Source: Candidatus Poribacteria bacterium (GTDB lineage Bacteria; Poribacteria; WGA-4E; WGA-3G). From it: DNA of 64,000 nt. The stretch lies in NCBI GenBank assembly GCA_963665235.2, contig CAXXLX010000001.1, forward strand, positions 4,064,001 through 4,128,000, in the 5' to 3' direction. The notes beneath the pieces are model-generated. The model made no database searches. It saw only the letters and a list, made by a program, of their open reading frames with translations, and was not told where the DNA came from. The position numbers and the translations under genes are program-made. Below are positions 47,406 to 57,199 of the stretch, piece after piece; positions within the stretch are counted from its first letter, which is position 1, and each line of letters starts with the position of its first letter.

Positions 47406-48398
47406 ATGCTCGATCGGCGCGGATTTTTAAAATCGTTAGCAGGTTTGACAACCGGCATTCTGCTATCGTCAGCGTGTGCGGAGGGAGTGGAAGAAACCCC
47501 CCGCAGTGACCGCCTCGGCACGCTTCTACCTATGCGGAAACTAGGTAGAACAGGTGAGGCTGTAACAATGCTTGGGGTCGGCGGATGGCATATAGGCGAA
47601 ATGAACGAAGCGGAAGCACAGAAAACAATTGAGACAGCACTCGAAGGCGGTGTCCGGTTCTTTGACAGCGCGGAATCTTATCAAGCAGGTGGAAGCGAGC
47701 GTCGCTTGGGAAAACTGCTTATTCCGAAGTACCGCGATGATGTGTTCATCATGACCAAGACAACAGCGCGGGACGCAGCGGGTGCACAGAAACACCTTGA
47801 AGCGTCACTCAAACGCCTGAATACCGAACAACTCGACCTGTGGCAGGTGCATGCAGTTCAAACTCGCGAGGATGTCGACCTACGCATTGACAACGGTGTT
47901 TTTGATGTGATGCTAAAGGCGAAGGAGACAGGAAAAACGCGTTACATCGGATTTACCGGACACACAAGTCCAGCTGCGCATCTCCGTGTGCTAGCGCAAT
48001 CCGATATTTTCGATGCATGTCAATTGCCGGTCAACCTTGTCGATGTCAGTTACGAAAGTTTCATAGAGGGTGTAGTGCCAACACTTGTCGAGCGAAATAT
48101 CGGGGTGATTGGAATGAAAGCGTTGGCAAACGGTGGCTTCTTCGGGGGTACCAAACATGGTAAACACGGCCCGAATCCAAAAGTAGTGCCGAATCGGGTG
48201 AGCATTCCAGAGGCAATCCGTTTCACTTGGTCATTTCCGGTTAGCACACTTGTCACAGGTCCGGACAACGCAGCCCAGCTACAAGAGAAAATTGACATCG
48301 CGAAATCGTTCGCTGGCATGGAAGACGCTGAACGCCAGAAGCTGATAGAAAAGGTCGCTGATATGGCCGGAACAACGGTTGAATTTTATAAAGCATAA
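47406..48398 (+). CDS. Aldo/keto reductase with Tat signal
   Basis: DRRGFLK twin-arginine motif; RKLGRTG, FFDSAESY, SLKRLNTEQLDLWQVH, RYIGFTGH. Confidence 0.9.
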   Translation: MLDRRGFLKSLAGLTTGILLSSACAEGVEETPRSDRLGTLLPMRKLGRTGEAVTMLGVGGWHIGEMNEAEAQKTIETALEGGVRFFDSAESYQAGGSERRLGKLLIPKYRDDVFIMTKTTARDAAGAQKHLEASLKRLNTEQLDLWQVHAVQTREDVDLRIDNGVFDVMLKAKETGKTRYIGFTGHTSPAAHLRVLAQSDIFDACQLPVNLVDVSYESFIEGVVPTLVERNIGVIGMKALANGGFFGGTKHGKHGPNPKVVPNRVSIPEAIRFTWSFPVSTLVTGPDNAAQLQEKIDIAKSFAGMEDAERQKLIEKVADMAGTTVEFYKA

Positions 48399-48540
48399 GC
48401 TGTTGGTTATTAGCAATTAGCAAATAGTAAGAGGGGGGTTGATGTTTATAAGATTTGTGAAGTCATCACAAACCAGCCAACTGCCAACTGCCAGTAGCCA
48501 ACTGCCAATTATTATTATTATTATCCAAAGGAGGCAGAAA

Positions 48541-49368
48541 ATGCGTCAATCTTTTGTTTTTATACTACTCATAACAGTTCTTTTTTACGTACCCTTTAGC
48601 ACGAACGCAGCAAATATCGAGGATGGGCTCTGGCTTTACTTACCTTTGAACGAGGGAAAAGGTGAAAAGGTTAAGGACCACGGCCCCCACAATTTTGAAA
48701 CGGAATTTAGCGCAGATGCCCCGAAATGGGTCGAGGCGAAGCATGAAACCCTCGACAAAGCCTTGGAATTTGATGGAAAAGGAAATTACGTGAAAATCGA
48801 CATGGAGGCCCAAGGAAATGATATTGATTCCCATTTTGACGCGAAGAAGGGGCTCACGATTTGCGCATGGGTGAAAGTCTTGGCGACAGCCGTTGATGGA
48901 CATGGACAAACGCGTCAACCGATTGTTATGAAAGGTTTCCATGGCGTATGGGAATTCGCGCTCTATATCTATGACGATTTCGGAACAGGCCTGTCAGTCT
49001 GGAAGTGTGATGGCAGCGGCGTAGCTGAAACGAGCAAGCCAGGGGCTGCCCCAGTAGGAACATGGATTCATCAATGCGGTACCTTTAAAATAAAGGACGG
49101 CTCTCGGGTCTATATCAACGGCGACAAAAACCCCGTGGCACATAGAGAGGATAACGGAGTGCCTTGTGAAACAGGTAACCGACCTGTCTTTATCGGACAC
49201 CGCGAGGATGGACAATGGTTAAACGCTATCATTGCAGAAGTCTATATATGGGACAGGGTGATTGACATCGATGAAATGAACATCGCTATGAAAAGCGCGG
49301 GAGGGTTAGGAGTCGTTCACCCCGGGGATAAACTGACGACAATGTGGGGAAATATCAAACGTCGGTAA
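48541..49368 (+). CDS. Secreted LamG/concanavalin-like protein with conserved C-terminal tail
   Basis: AAGGAGG RBS; LYLPLNEGKG, ALEFDG, LTICAWV, VYING, IAEVYIWDR; ends VHPGDKLTTMWGNIKRR. Confidence 0.85.
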   Translation: MRQSFVFILLITVLFYVPFSTNAANIEDGLWLYLPLNEGKGEKVKDHGPHNFETEFSADAPKWVEAKHETLDKALEFDGKGNYVKIDMEAQGNDIDSHFDAKKGLTICAWVKVLATAVDGHGQTRQPIVMKGFHGVWEFALYIYDDFGTGLSVWKCDGSGVAETSKPGAAPVGTWIHQCGTFKIKDGSRVYINGDKNPVAHREDNGVPCETGNRPVFIGHREDGQWLNAIIAEVYIWDRVIDIDEMNIAMKSAGGLGVVHPGDKLTTMWGNIKRR

Positions 49369-49446
49369 ACATCTACCGTCTCGTCCTGTTTTGTATGCGC
49401 GCCTACACCGGCTAACCTCTGTAGGCATGCTTATCGTTTCCTCTCT

Positions 49447-50781
49447 CTATTCACCGAAATGACTTGCAACAAGTGTCAAATCCAGGATGTTTACTCTCCC
49501 ATCCCCGTTGACATCCGCAGCGGGGGGCGCGTCCGGCTTACCAAAGTAAGACGCTACAAAGGTCAGATCGAGAATATTGACCTTGCCATCGTTATTGACA
49601 TCCCACGGCCTTTCCGGCGGTTTAGTAATCTTGGCATTTTCAACTGTCACGGGCAATTCCTGCCCTTTACTCGTTGCAACAAGCACGTCAGATAAGGTTA
49701 GTGCTGACGCTTTGACAGCAACAACTTCAAATGTTATCGTCACGAGGGTGCCCGCTGCTGCGCTTGCTGTAGAACCGATAGCAATTTTGGCAAAGGTAAT
49801 CTTATTTTCCCTAACATGTGTCGGAATATCCAACACATCCCCAGGTAAATAGTCCCCATGCGTCAGTGAGACATATCGGAGGGCTGTCGTGTCAAATTGC
49901 ACTGTGCCTTGATAACCGCCTACCTCACGTCCCTTAGCAATATCAACGGTGACAACGAGCTCTTGTCCAATATTAGGCGACTCCACCGAGGCAGGTGCAA
50001 TTCTAACAATTATTGGGGCTGGCGCGAGGCTTAGTAAGACAGCGAGTTCATCAATAGCGGCAGGGGTTTGGAGCAATACATGAACATCCGCATCACTAAG
50101 CACTTTCCTGACTTCTGCATCCTCTTTGAGAAGTGTTATGAATTCATCGTCAATCTGCGGCAACACTATTTTCAGCGCGTCCGGATTATCTACCACCAGC
50201 TTTATCGTCGTGGGGTTCAAGAGCTCCTGGTTCTCAGGGACTTTTAATTCGATGAGGATTGTGGGCAGCAATTGCCGAATATCTGGACGTTGAAAAAAGG
50301 GCCTATACCTTTCAAAAATTCGTTCTGCGAGTGAGCGTTTACTCGCGTCAAGTAAGGCTGTCAATTCATCAATCGCCGCTGTATCCTGAAACAAAGCCTG
50401 AACGTCCGCATCGCCAAGCATCGTTCGAATCTCCTGATCTGTTTTTAGCAGGGTAATAAACTCATCTGCTATATCAGGCACGAACCGCTTCAAGAGGTCC
50501 GGATCATCGAGCACTAACCCGATAGTTTCCGGTGTTAAAAGGGCTTGATTGTCCGGTTTTTTGATTTCAGTGAGAACAGTGGGCAGGAGTGTTTGAACAT
50601 CATCCCGCTGCAGAAGTGTCTGATATCTTTCAAACACCCGCTCAGCGAGAGAAGGCTCCTGACCGAACACACCCGTCGTGAAAATCAAACATATCCCCAC
50701 CATATAAAGGCAAACGAGGGGTTTTGAGAAGATGCTGGGCATCTCTTTCAGAGTATAATTGCGTTTAAAACGACAAAACAT
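49447..50781 (-). CDS. Secreted protein with two helical repeats, a cohesin-like domain and a dockerin
   Basis: Duplicated SLAER(V/I)FERY module; VGGYQGTVQFDTTALRYV...GTLVTITFEV cohesin; two DVNxDGxVNILDLTxVASxFG calcium-binding motifs; start uncertain. Confidence 0.8.
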   Translation of the reverse strand: MFCRFKRNYTLKEMPSIFSKPLVCLYMVGICLIFTTGVFGQEPSLAERVFERYQTLLQRDDVQTLLPTVLTEIKKPDNQALLTPETIGLVLDDPDLLKRFVPDIADEFITLLKTDQEIRTMLGDADVQALFQDTAAIDELTALLDASKRSLAERIFERYRPFFQRPDIRQLLPTILIELKVPENQELLNPTTIKLVVDNPDALKIVLPQIDDEFITLLKEDAEVRKVLSDADVHVLLQTPAAIDELAVLLSLAPAPIIVRIAPASVESPNIGQELVVTVDIAKGREVGGYQGTVQFDTTALRYVSLTHGDYLPGDVLDIPTHVRENKITFAKIAIGSTASAAAGTLVTITFEVVAVKASALTLSDVLVATSKGQELPVTVENAKITKPPERPWDVNNDGKVNILDLTFVASYFGKPDAPPAADVNGDGRVNILDLTLVASHFGE

Positions 50782-51005
50782 TGACTTCCTTCCTTATTCT
50801 ATCGGCGGTCTCTTAACCAAACAAGACAGACGCAGGGATTTAATAGGTCCTTATGATAACGGGATTTAAGTGGGAAACATAGCGGGCGAGGTGACCTCGC
50901 CCCTACGAGCCTATTGAAAATGGGGGTTTATAGGTCGGATTTCTCTTTGTTCAACCCGACCTACAGCGGTTGCGGATAAACGCAGAAACGCGCCATCGGC
51001 TTAGA

Positions 51006-51788
51006 CTAAGCGAGTACTTCTCCCGCCTCCGGATTGACCTTGAAACCGCCAGCCATAATGCTGTTATAAGGCTCCTTCGGGTCACGTCCGACAGGCCGCA
51101 TCTCCGGTGTGTGATATCCGAATCGTACTGCTTTCCGCCACTGCTCGGTACGATTGACCTCCGACCAATGGATAAGACAGTAGCTAAAGAAGATTACATC
51201 GCCTGCCTTTGCAGGAATAGGAATGGAGTCGATGAAATCCGGATGAAATTTATCGGTAGGCAGATGCGGTGCAGTGCCTGCCCCGGTGATGTGTTCCCGC
51301 GGTCCCTCTTTATGACTCCCGGGGACAACCCGCAGTGCCCCGCTCTCAAAAGGCGCGTCGTCAAGATGAACGAGACAATCAACGAAGTCAAGTCCATCGT
51401 GTGGATAAAACGGATAATCCTGATGCATAGGGAACGGGGTGCCTTTGTCCGGCGGCTTCGCATGCAGCACCGTATGATGCCATTGGATAGTATCCCCAAT
51501 AAGCGACTGAACCGCGCCAGTCAACCGCTCATGGAAAATGACCCTGCCCCACGTAGCCGAATAAAAATGGGGGTTGTGCATAAAAACTGCCTTAGTCGTC
51601 TGCTGGTCTTCCTCTTCAAGGTACCGGGAACGCCAAGGTCCAGGCCAACCGATGGTTTCCTGCCCCCAATTGTTAATAATCTTCACCATCTCAGAGGCAA
51701 GCTGCTCCGTCTCTTCGGGTGCAAAGAGTTGCTCTACCTTGAGGTAACCGTTTTCGTTGTAAAAATCAACCTGAGCTTGTGTTAGCAT
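51006..51788 (-). CDS. Phytanoyl-CoA dioxygenase (PhyH) family protein
   Basis: FYNENGYL, MHQDY, SGALRVVPGSH, AGDVIFF...H. Confidence 0.9.
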   Translation of the reverse strand: MLTQAQVDFYNENGYLKVEQLFAPEETEQLASEMVKIINNWGQETIGWPGPWRSRYLEEEDQQTTKAVFMHNPHFYSATWGRVIFHERLTGAVQSLIGDTIQWHHTVLHAKPPDKGTPFPMHQDYPFYPHDGLDFVDCLVHLDDAPFESGALRVVPGSHKEGPREHITGAGTAPHLPTDKFHPDFIDSIPIPAKAGDVIFFSYCLIHWSEVNRTEQWRKAVRFGYHTPEMRPVGRDPKEPYNSIMAGGFKVNPEAGEVLA

Positions 51789-52237
51789 GTTGAACTCCTT
51801 AATTTTAAGTGGTTATATGGGTTAAAACCGGACATTTTACTTTTTAAACCTATGCCCGACCGTAAACACTTTGGTAGTCTGAATCGCGGAAGGCGCGGAG
51901 AACGCAGAGGACGCGGAAAGAAGGGGGGTTTTGCAAAATAGCCCTAGAGGGGCGATATGTTTATAGAATATTGGAAACCATTGGCTTATGGCCAAGAAAA
52001 AGAGGTTTTTGACACACGCCATAAACCTGATTAGAATCACAAACTCTTGCCAATTGCTAATCGCTAATTGCCGACGATGGCGAGACCGGACGCTTAGGCC
52101 GTTGCGGTGGTTTCATTCTCGCTTCCCCTTTCTGCCTTATCTTCTCCAATTCATCAATAATTTTTCGGAGCTCTCTTAAATCTTTGGGCAATTGGTCATC
52201 ATGCAGTGCCTACTCTGTAAACCACTGATTGACTGCG

Positions 52238-53014
52238 TCAGGCGTGAGGAGTTCTGGTGGCATTCTCCACTAAGGTGATGTGGATAATTCGGTCCAAATT
52301 GGTTCCGATAACCGCATTTCGTGCCGTTAATAATCGCCGGATGGTCGCATCGTCTGAAGTTAGGAAACATATCACTTTAGCAACATCGGCAGTGTCCACC
52401 CAACGGCTGTGGTCTTCATCGGGCATAGATTCCCGATTAATGGGGGTGTCCATAATGCTCGGCATGATGGCATTGACGTTGATACCAACATCCATGACCT
52501 CTGCCGCTAAGGCTTCTGTTAAGGTGCGTACGCCGCCTTTGGAAACACAGTAAGCACTTAAGCCAGCCTCACCCTTCAAGCCGGCGCGTGCGGAGACGTT
52601 CACAATTTTGCCGTACCCCTGTTCTGTCATGTGTGGAATTGCTGTTTTACAACAGAGGAAAACAGATTTGAGATTGAGGTTCATCATGAAATCCCACTGC
52701 TCCTCTTCAAGCTCTGCTGTCGGAATTCCACCGACAAATCCGCCAACGATATTGACGAGTATGTCAAGCCGCCCGAATTGCGTTATAAACGTTTCGAAGG
52801 TTTTCTGAACATCAGCCGCCTCGGTGACGTTCGCAAATAGAAAGGTAACATCTTTACTGCGTTCCGGGTTGTGCTGCTTAAAACGTTCCACCTCATCTTC
52901 GAAAAGATACGTGACGGCGACAGTGTCGCCTTGGGTGAGATAGGCTTTGGTTACAGCACTTCCGAGTATACCGGTTCCGCCAGTGATAAGGACGTGTCGG
53001 TTCTGTTTTGTCAT
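52238..53014 (-). CDS. SDR-family oxidoreductase, C-terminus apparently corrupted
   Basis: ITGGTGILG, LDILVN, YCVSKGG; sequence after SDDA departs from the expected I-N-G ending. Confidence 0.85.
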   Translation of the reverse strand: MTKQNRHVLITGGTGILGSAVTKAYLTQGDTVAVTYLFEDEVERFKQHNPERSKDVTFLFANVTEAADVQKTFETFITQFGRLDILVNIVGGFVGGIPTAELEEEQWDFMMNLNLKSVFLCCKTAIPHMTEQGYGKIVNVSARAGLKGEAGLSAYCVSKGGVRTLTEALAAEVMDVGINVNAIMPSIMDTPINRESMPDEDHSRWVDTADVAKVICFLTSDDATIRRLLTARNAVIGTNLDRIIHITLVENATRTPHA

Positions 53015-53028
53015 TTAAAATTCTCCTT

Positions 53029-54030
53029 TTAGCGTGTTAAGGCTCCGATACCGGGCCGGTTGGGTAAAATCAACCTGCCTTTATCCAGGGTTACACCGGT
53101 GTAGGGGTCATTTGAAATTAGCAGATTACCATCTAAATCTGCGTAGTCTACCAGCGGTGTCAAGTGTGCAGCGGCAGTAATACTGAGGGATGTCTCTATC
53201 ATACAACCGAGCATGACTTTTAAACCGTGTGCTCGCGCGACATGTATCATCCGGTGCGCTTCTAGTAAACCGCCGCATTTGACCAATTTGATATTGATAC
53301 CGTCGACGCAGTCAGCAAGTGACGGGATATCGCTTGCCCGTTTAACGCTTTCATCCGCGATAATCGGTAAGGCAACGTGTTCTCGGACGAACTTGAGCCC
53401 CATCCTATCGTCCGCTTTTGTGGGTTGTTCAATCAATTCAACGCCGTATTGGGCGAGTTGATGTATTTTATCAACAGCCTCCTTCGGTGTCCATGCCGTA
53501 TTAGCATCGACGTAGATAGGTTTATCTGTGACGTTTCGGAGTGCCCGGATAATCTCAATATCGCGAGGTGTTCCTAATTTGACCTTGAGAATCGGATATT
53601 CCGTGGCCTGTCGGGCTTTTTCCGCCATTACCGCGGGTTCGTCAAGTCCGATGGTAAAAGCGGTGTTCGGTGTTTTTTGTGGATTGAGTCCCCAGAGTTG
53701 ATAGAGCGGTATCCCTAATTTTTTGCCGAGTCGGTCGTGCAGTGCCATATCAATAGCAGATTTCGCTGCGTAGTTGCCATGGAGTGCCGTTTCAATATCC
53801 GCCATGACATGGTGAATTGGGTCAAGGTCGTTATCAAGTATGGGCGCGACGGTTTCTAACGCCGCTGCTACCGTTTCAACGGTTTCACCATAAAACTTCG
53901 CTGGTGCGGCCTCGCCAATACCGCCATCGAGTTCTACAGAGATGACGTGACGGTACGCATCTGTTGCACGGCGGGCAATTTTAAACGGCTGCTTGAGTTG
54001 TAGTTTCGTGATTTTTGAGGCAAGGGGCAC
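53029..54030 (-). CDS. L-Ala-D/L-Glu dipeptide epimerase (enolase superfamily)
   Basis: LKVKLG, VDANTAW, IEQP, ADES, INIKLVKCGG, GCMIET, DLDG. Confidence 0.88.
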   Translation of the reverse strand: MPLASKITKLQLKQPFKIARRATDAYRHVISVELDGGIGEAAPAKFYGETVETVAAALETVAPILDNDLDPIHHVMADIETALHGNYAAKSAIDMALHDRLGKKLGIPLYQLWGLNPQKTPNTAFTIGLDEPAVMAEKARQATEYPILKVKLGTPRDIEIIRALRNVTDKPIYVDANTAWTPKEAVDKIHQLAQYGVELIEQPTKADDRMGLKFVREHVALPIIADESVKRASDIPSLADCVDGINIKLVKCGGLLEAHRMIHVARAHGLKVMLGCMIETSLSITAAAHLTPLVDYADLDGNLLISNDPYTGVTLDKGRLILPNRPGIGALTR

Positions 54031-54032
54031 CG

Positions 54033-56177
54033 TTATTCTCCTCGCGTCTCTTTTAAATATAACATGAAACGTTCCCGTTCTTCCGCATCAATTTCACCAT
54101 CAGATTTCTTCAGGAAAGTCCACGCCCCTAAGAAGATAGCGGCTGCCTCCTGCGCAGCTGAGGTGTTCGGATAATTTAAAGACCTTATTTCAACCGTCAT
54201 CGCCATTTTGTTGGTCTCTTGCAGCACAGGCGTTGTCCTATCTTGCACAGTGACGATGGGGGTTTCAAAAAGTTTTTCGTTGAATTGTTCCAATATCCGT
54301 TTCAAAAAGGTCTCTGTGCCCTGATTCCCACGGTAGTGCGCGGCAACAACGGGCTGCTTCCCTTTCTGCCACGGCGCGTGATTAATTTGTAAATAGTAGC
54401 CATCATCTGCAATGGCGTTGATTGTAGCAATCCGTTTTTTTGTAGACATCTTTTGCCCGGGGGTATAAACGTTGGACACCTTTGCTGCAGCGAGTTCCAG
54501 CATCTCATTCAACAATAGAATGAGTTGACGCGTCTTTGGCGTATCCGTTTGTGAGTCAAGCACAATAACAGTGTCGGCAAACGCACCCTCCGCAATAGGG
54601 TGGAGCTTTAGATTGGTAACGGTCGCCTTATTTGGGGCTATCTGCACCTGCCGTTTTTCGGGATAATACCCCGGTTTTGAAAAGTGAAGTGTGGTTTCAA
54701 TTGGACTTTTCAAGGGAAGCGCGGTTTTAATGAAGTAGTGTCCCTCAGCATCTGTAGTAGCCGTTAGCTTAGGATTTGCATGCAATTGAACAGCAGGAAT
54801 CGGGGTGCCAAGGTTTGCATCAGAGAGCTGGCCCTGTAAAATCCGGTCCGAAATATTAGCGAAACGGATTTTTAGCGACTTGCGAGTCTGCCCGTAGGTG
54901 GCAGTCACGGTCGCTGTCCCGGGGGTATTAGGCGCGTACAGATAAAAGTGTGCTGTGCCATCCTTTGAAAGCCGCCTATCTGCCTTGAGCGTGCCATTTG
55001 TCGTTTGTGCCCGAATCGTTTCCGCATCGGCAATTGGCAATCCATCGGCATCCTGTGCCGTTACAGTGATACCGACATAACTTTTATCATCAAACGGGAG
55101 GGTATTTGTCCACGCGTGCAACTTTAGTTCAGCCGCAGGTGGTGCAACCTTAAACCACTGTGGCGAAGGTAGGCTATGATTGCCGTAATAATTGACCAAT
55201 TCGGTTTGAACGAAATGGACACCGTTCGACAACGGTTTTTTGAGAGCGACAGTGATTATATCTGTATCCCGGTCATAGCGAAACGGGACGTTCACATTGT
55301 CGATTTTGACCTGGATAGTGTTCGTGAAGACCTGTTGCCGTTTGAGCATCCACGTTCCACGTTCGTGTAAGCCATCCTTGACACGAATTTGAAGTGAAGG
55401 CGTTTTGTTTTTTATGACAGATTCATGCTGGGGTGTTATCAGCACCCCCTTCGGAAACCCAGCTTCAACGTACCGGGCGATTCCAAGAAAATAGCCGTAC
55501 GCCTCTCTTTTGAGGTAATCATCCTGCCGCAGCCGCGCCTCCTCTTCCGGATTAGAGTAGAAAGAGGCTTCGCACACAATTGCCGGACAGTGGGTCATTC
55601 GCAAGACACCGAACCCCGATGCGGTCATCAGCTTATCGGAATAAAGGCCTGTTGCTGCAGCGGTAGGTAAGCGGAGGGCATCGGAGACACCTAGTTGAAC
55701 GTAACGCGCGAGGTCAAGACTGGGACGCGATTCATCAGCGTCCCCGTGATACCACGTAGAGGTATAGTTAGTTTTCGGGTTATCTATTTTGTTATGGTGC
55801 AACGAAATGAAAAAGTCGGCGCGGCTTTCATTGGCAATTTGACTGCGCCTCGACAGACTAACGTAGGAATCATCAACGCGTGTCATGAGGACGGTAGCAC
55901 CGACTCCTTGCAACATCTGCTGTAGATAACGTGCTACTTTTAAATTAATTTCAGCCTCGCGAAGCCCTGTCGGCCCGCGTTTGTAATCGGGAACATGCGC
56001 TTGCCCGCCGTGTCCTGGGTCGAGACAGATTTTGATGCCGTTGAGGTGACGAGCGTACGGGGGGACTTCCATCTGAATCGTCTCCAGCTGTTGTGGAACC
56101 TCAGGCGGTTGTCCACAGTCGAACAATAGCAAGGCAAGAAGAGCGATAAAAAAAATCTGACAAATGAACCGCGACAT
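54033..56177 (-). CDS. N-acetylmuramoyl-L-alanine amidase (Amidase_3) lipoprotein with Ig-like domains and a degenerate second amidase domain
   Basis: ICLDPGHGG, E..INL, FISLHHN, VCEASF; C-terminal VIVLD...YLQINH...VEI. Confidence 0.85.
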   Translation of the reverse strand: MSRFICQIFFIALLALLLFDCGQPPEVPQQLETIQMEVPPYARHLNGIKICLDPGHGGQAHVPDYKRGPTGLREAEINLKVARYLQQMLQGVGATVLMTRVDDSYVSLSRRSQIANESRADFFISLHHNKIDNPKTNYTSTWYHGDADESRPSLDLARYVQLGVSDALRLPTAAATGLYSDKLMTASGFGVLRMTHCPAIVCEASFYSNPEEEARLRQDDYLKREAYGYFLGIARYVEAGFPKGVLITPQHESVIKNKTPSLQIRVKDGLHERGTWMLKRQQVFTNTIQVKIDNVNVPFRYDRDTDIITVALKKPLSNGVHFVQTELVNYYGNHSLPSPQWFKVAPPAAELKLHAWTNTLPFDDKSYVGITVTAQDADGLPIADAETIRAQTTNGTLKADRRLSKDGTAHFYLYAPNTPGTATVTATYGQTRKSLKIRFANISDRILQGQLSDANLGTPIPAVQLHANPKLTATTDAEGHYFIKTALPLKSPIETTLHFSKPGYYPEKRQVQIAPNKATVTNLKLHPIAEGAFADTVIVLDSQTDTPKTRQLILLLNEMLELAAAKVSNVYTPGQKMSTKKRIATINAIADDGYYLQINHAPWQKGKQPVVAAHYRGNQGTETFLKRILEQFNEKLFETPIVTVQDRTTPVLQETNKMAMTVEIRSLNYPNTSAAQEAAAIFLGAWTFLKKSDGEIDAEERERFMLYLKETRGE

Positions 56178-56280
56178 ATATGAACATCTCTTTTTATGTG
56201 GTTGGTTTGGCACTAGCAGGTCGAGTTGAACGAAGAGAAACGCGACACACTATAGGTGTCGTTAACCTTATCCATCTGTA

Positions 56281-56662
56281 CAACGCGAGCTTGATAATAA
56301 ATGTCTGTTTGTGTTAACCTCTATAAAGATATCGTCCCTACGGGACTAAGAGCGGTGGGGAAACGGTTGGTTCTATAAAGATATCGTCCCTACGGGACTA
56401 ATACCAAATTTATCTGATTCATCGTGTTCACGGATCGCTCCGATGGAGCGGAAGAATGAAAAGAACAAGCCGGATTGTGTTAATTTGGTATAAGAGGTCA
56501 AAACTTTTTTTCAAACTCACGTTTCTATAAAGATATCGTCCCTACGGGACTAAGAGTTTTGGTTTTAACGGCTGCTCTATAAAGATATCGTCCTTGAAGA
56601 GCGGGCTGCTTGCCCGAATACTGGGACTAAGAGGTCAAAACTTTTTTTTCAAACTCACGTTT
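56281..56662. repeat. Cluster of CTATAAAGATATCGTCCCTACGGGACTAA palindromes and MITE ends with nested insertions
   Basis: Four copies of the unit; left end matches 3824; CAAACTCACGTT occurs twice. Confidence 0.8.
56402..56490. mobile_element. 89-bp MITE inserted into a REP
   Basis: TACCAAATT...AATTTGGTA inverted ends; TAA duplicated on both sides; empty site GGACTAAGAGGTCAAAAC present at about 56624. Confidence 0.75.
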
Positions 56663-56664
56663 GG

Positions 56665-57123
56665 CTACCGTCGTCTGCTACGGAGGGTTTTGGGACGACC
56701 GAGGATTTCTTTGAGAATAATACCTTGCCGAAACGTTTCAGGCGATAAGTTTAGCAGAGATGTCGCCGGGAGCGGTTTCGTTGGCAGCGGTGTAGGCGAA
56801 TCTACAGGAACAGGCGGCGGTTCAATCTGTTTTTCCGCTTGAACTGTTTCAGGTGCAGATTGCCCTGACGTGCCTGATCTATCCTCTGCCCTCCCCACAG
56901 TTTCCTGTGCAGCTGTGGTTTCAGCGGGCAATTCCTCAAAATTCTCCATAAAGGGCGGAAAATCGGTTTTACTATTGACAGACGCATCGACCCCACCACT
57001 ATTTCCTTCTGCCTTCTTTTTCGCTATTGCCTTATATGACCTATTGGCAGAGATGATGACGTAAATTACGAAAATCAGCACCGCCAGGGGCGTGATAATC
57101 CGTGTCCAGACGAAGTAATCCAT
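56665..57123 (-). CDS. YqfB-like membrane-anchored protein (paralog 2)
   Basis: N-terminal TM; ends LSPETFRQGIILKEILGRPKTLRSRRR; lies downstream of floA. Confidence 0.65.
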   Translation of the reverse strand: MDYFVWTRIITPLAVLIFVIYVIISANRSYKAIAKKKAEGNSGGVDASVNSKTDFPPFMENFEELPAETTAAQETVGRAEDRSGTSGQSAPETVQAEKQIEPPPVPVDSPTPLPTKPLPATSLLNLSPETFRQGIILKEILGRPKTLRSRRR

Positions 57124-57199
57124 GAAGCGAGTCTCCTAATCCGAAATGTCCAACCATTGTAGGCGCGGTTACAAACCGTGCCTACCAATAGCGGTCCGT

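Noticed and set aside
48400-48520. Heptamer-like GCCAACT / TTAGCAA runs and the ORF extension from 48439
   Set aside because: Low-complexity intergenic repeats also seen near 32530 and 52050; the strong RBS places the start at 48541.
50970-51785. 271-aa plus-strand ORF (likewise 46131-46757, 58138-58851, 60463-61065)
   Set aside because: Antisense to well-supported genes, with no recognisable motifs.
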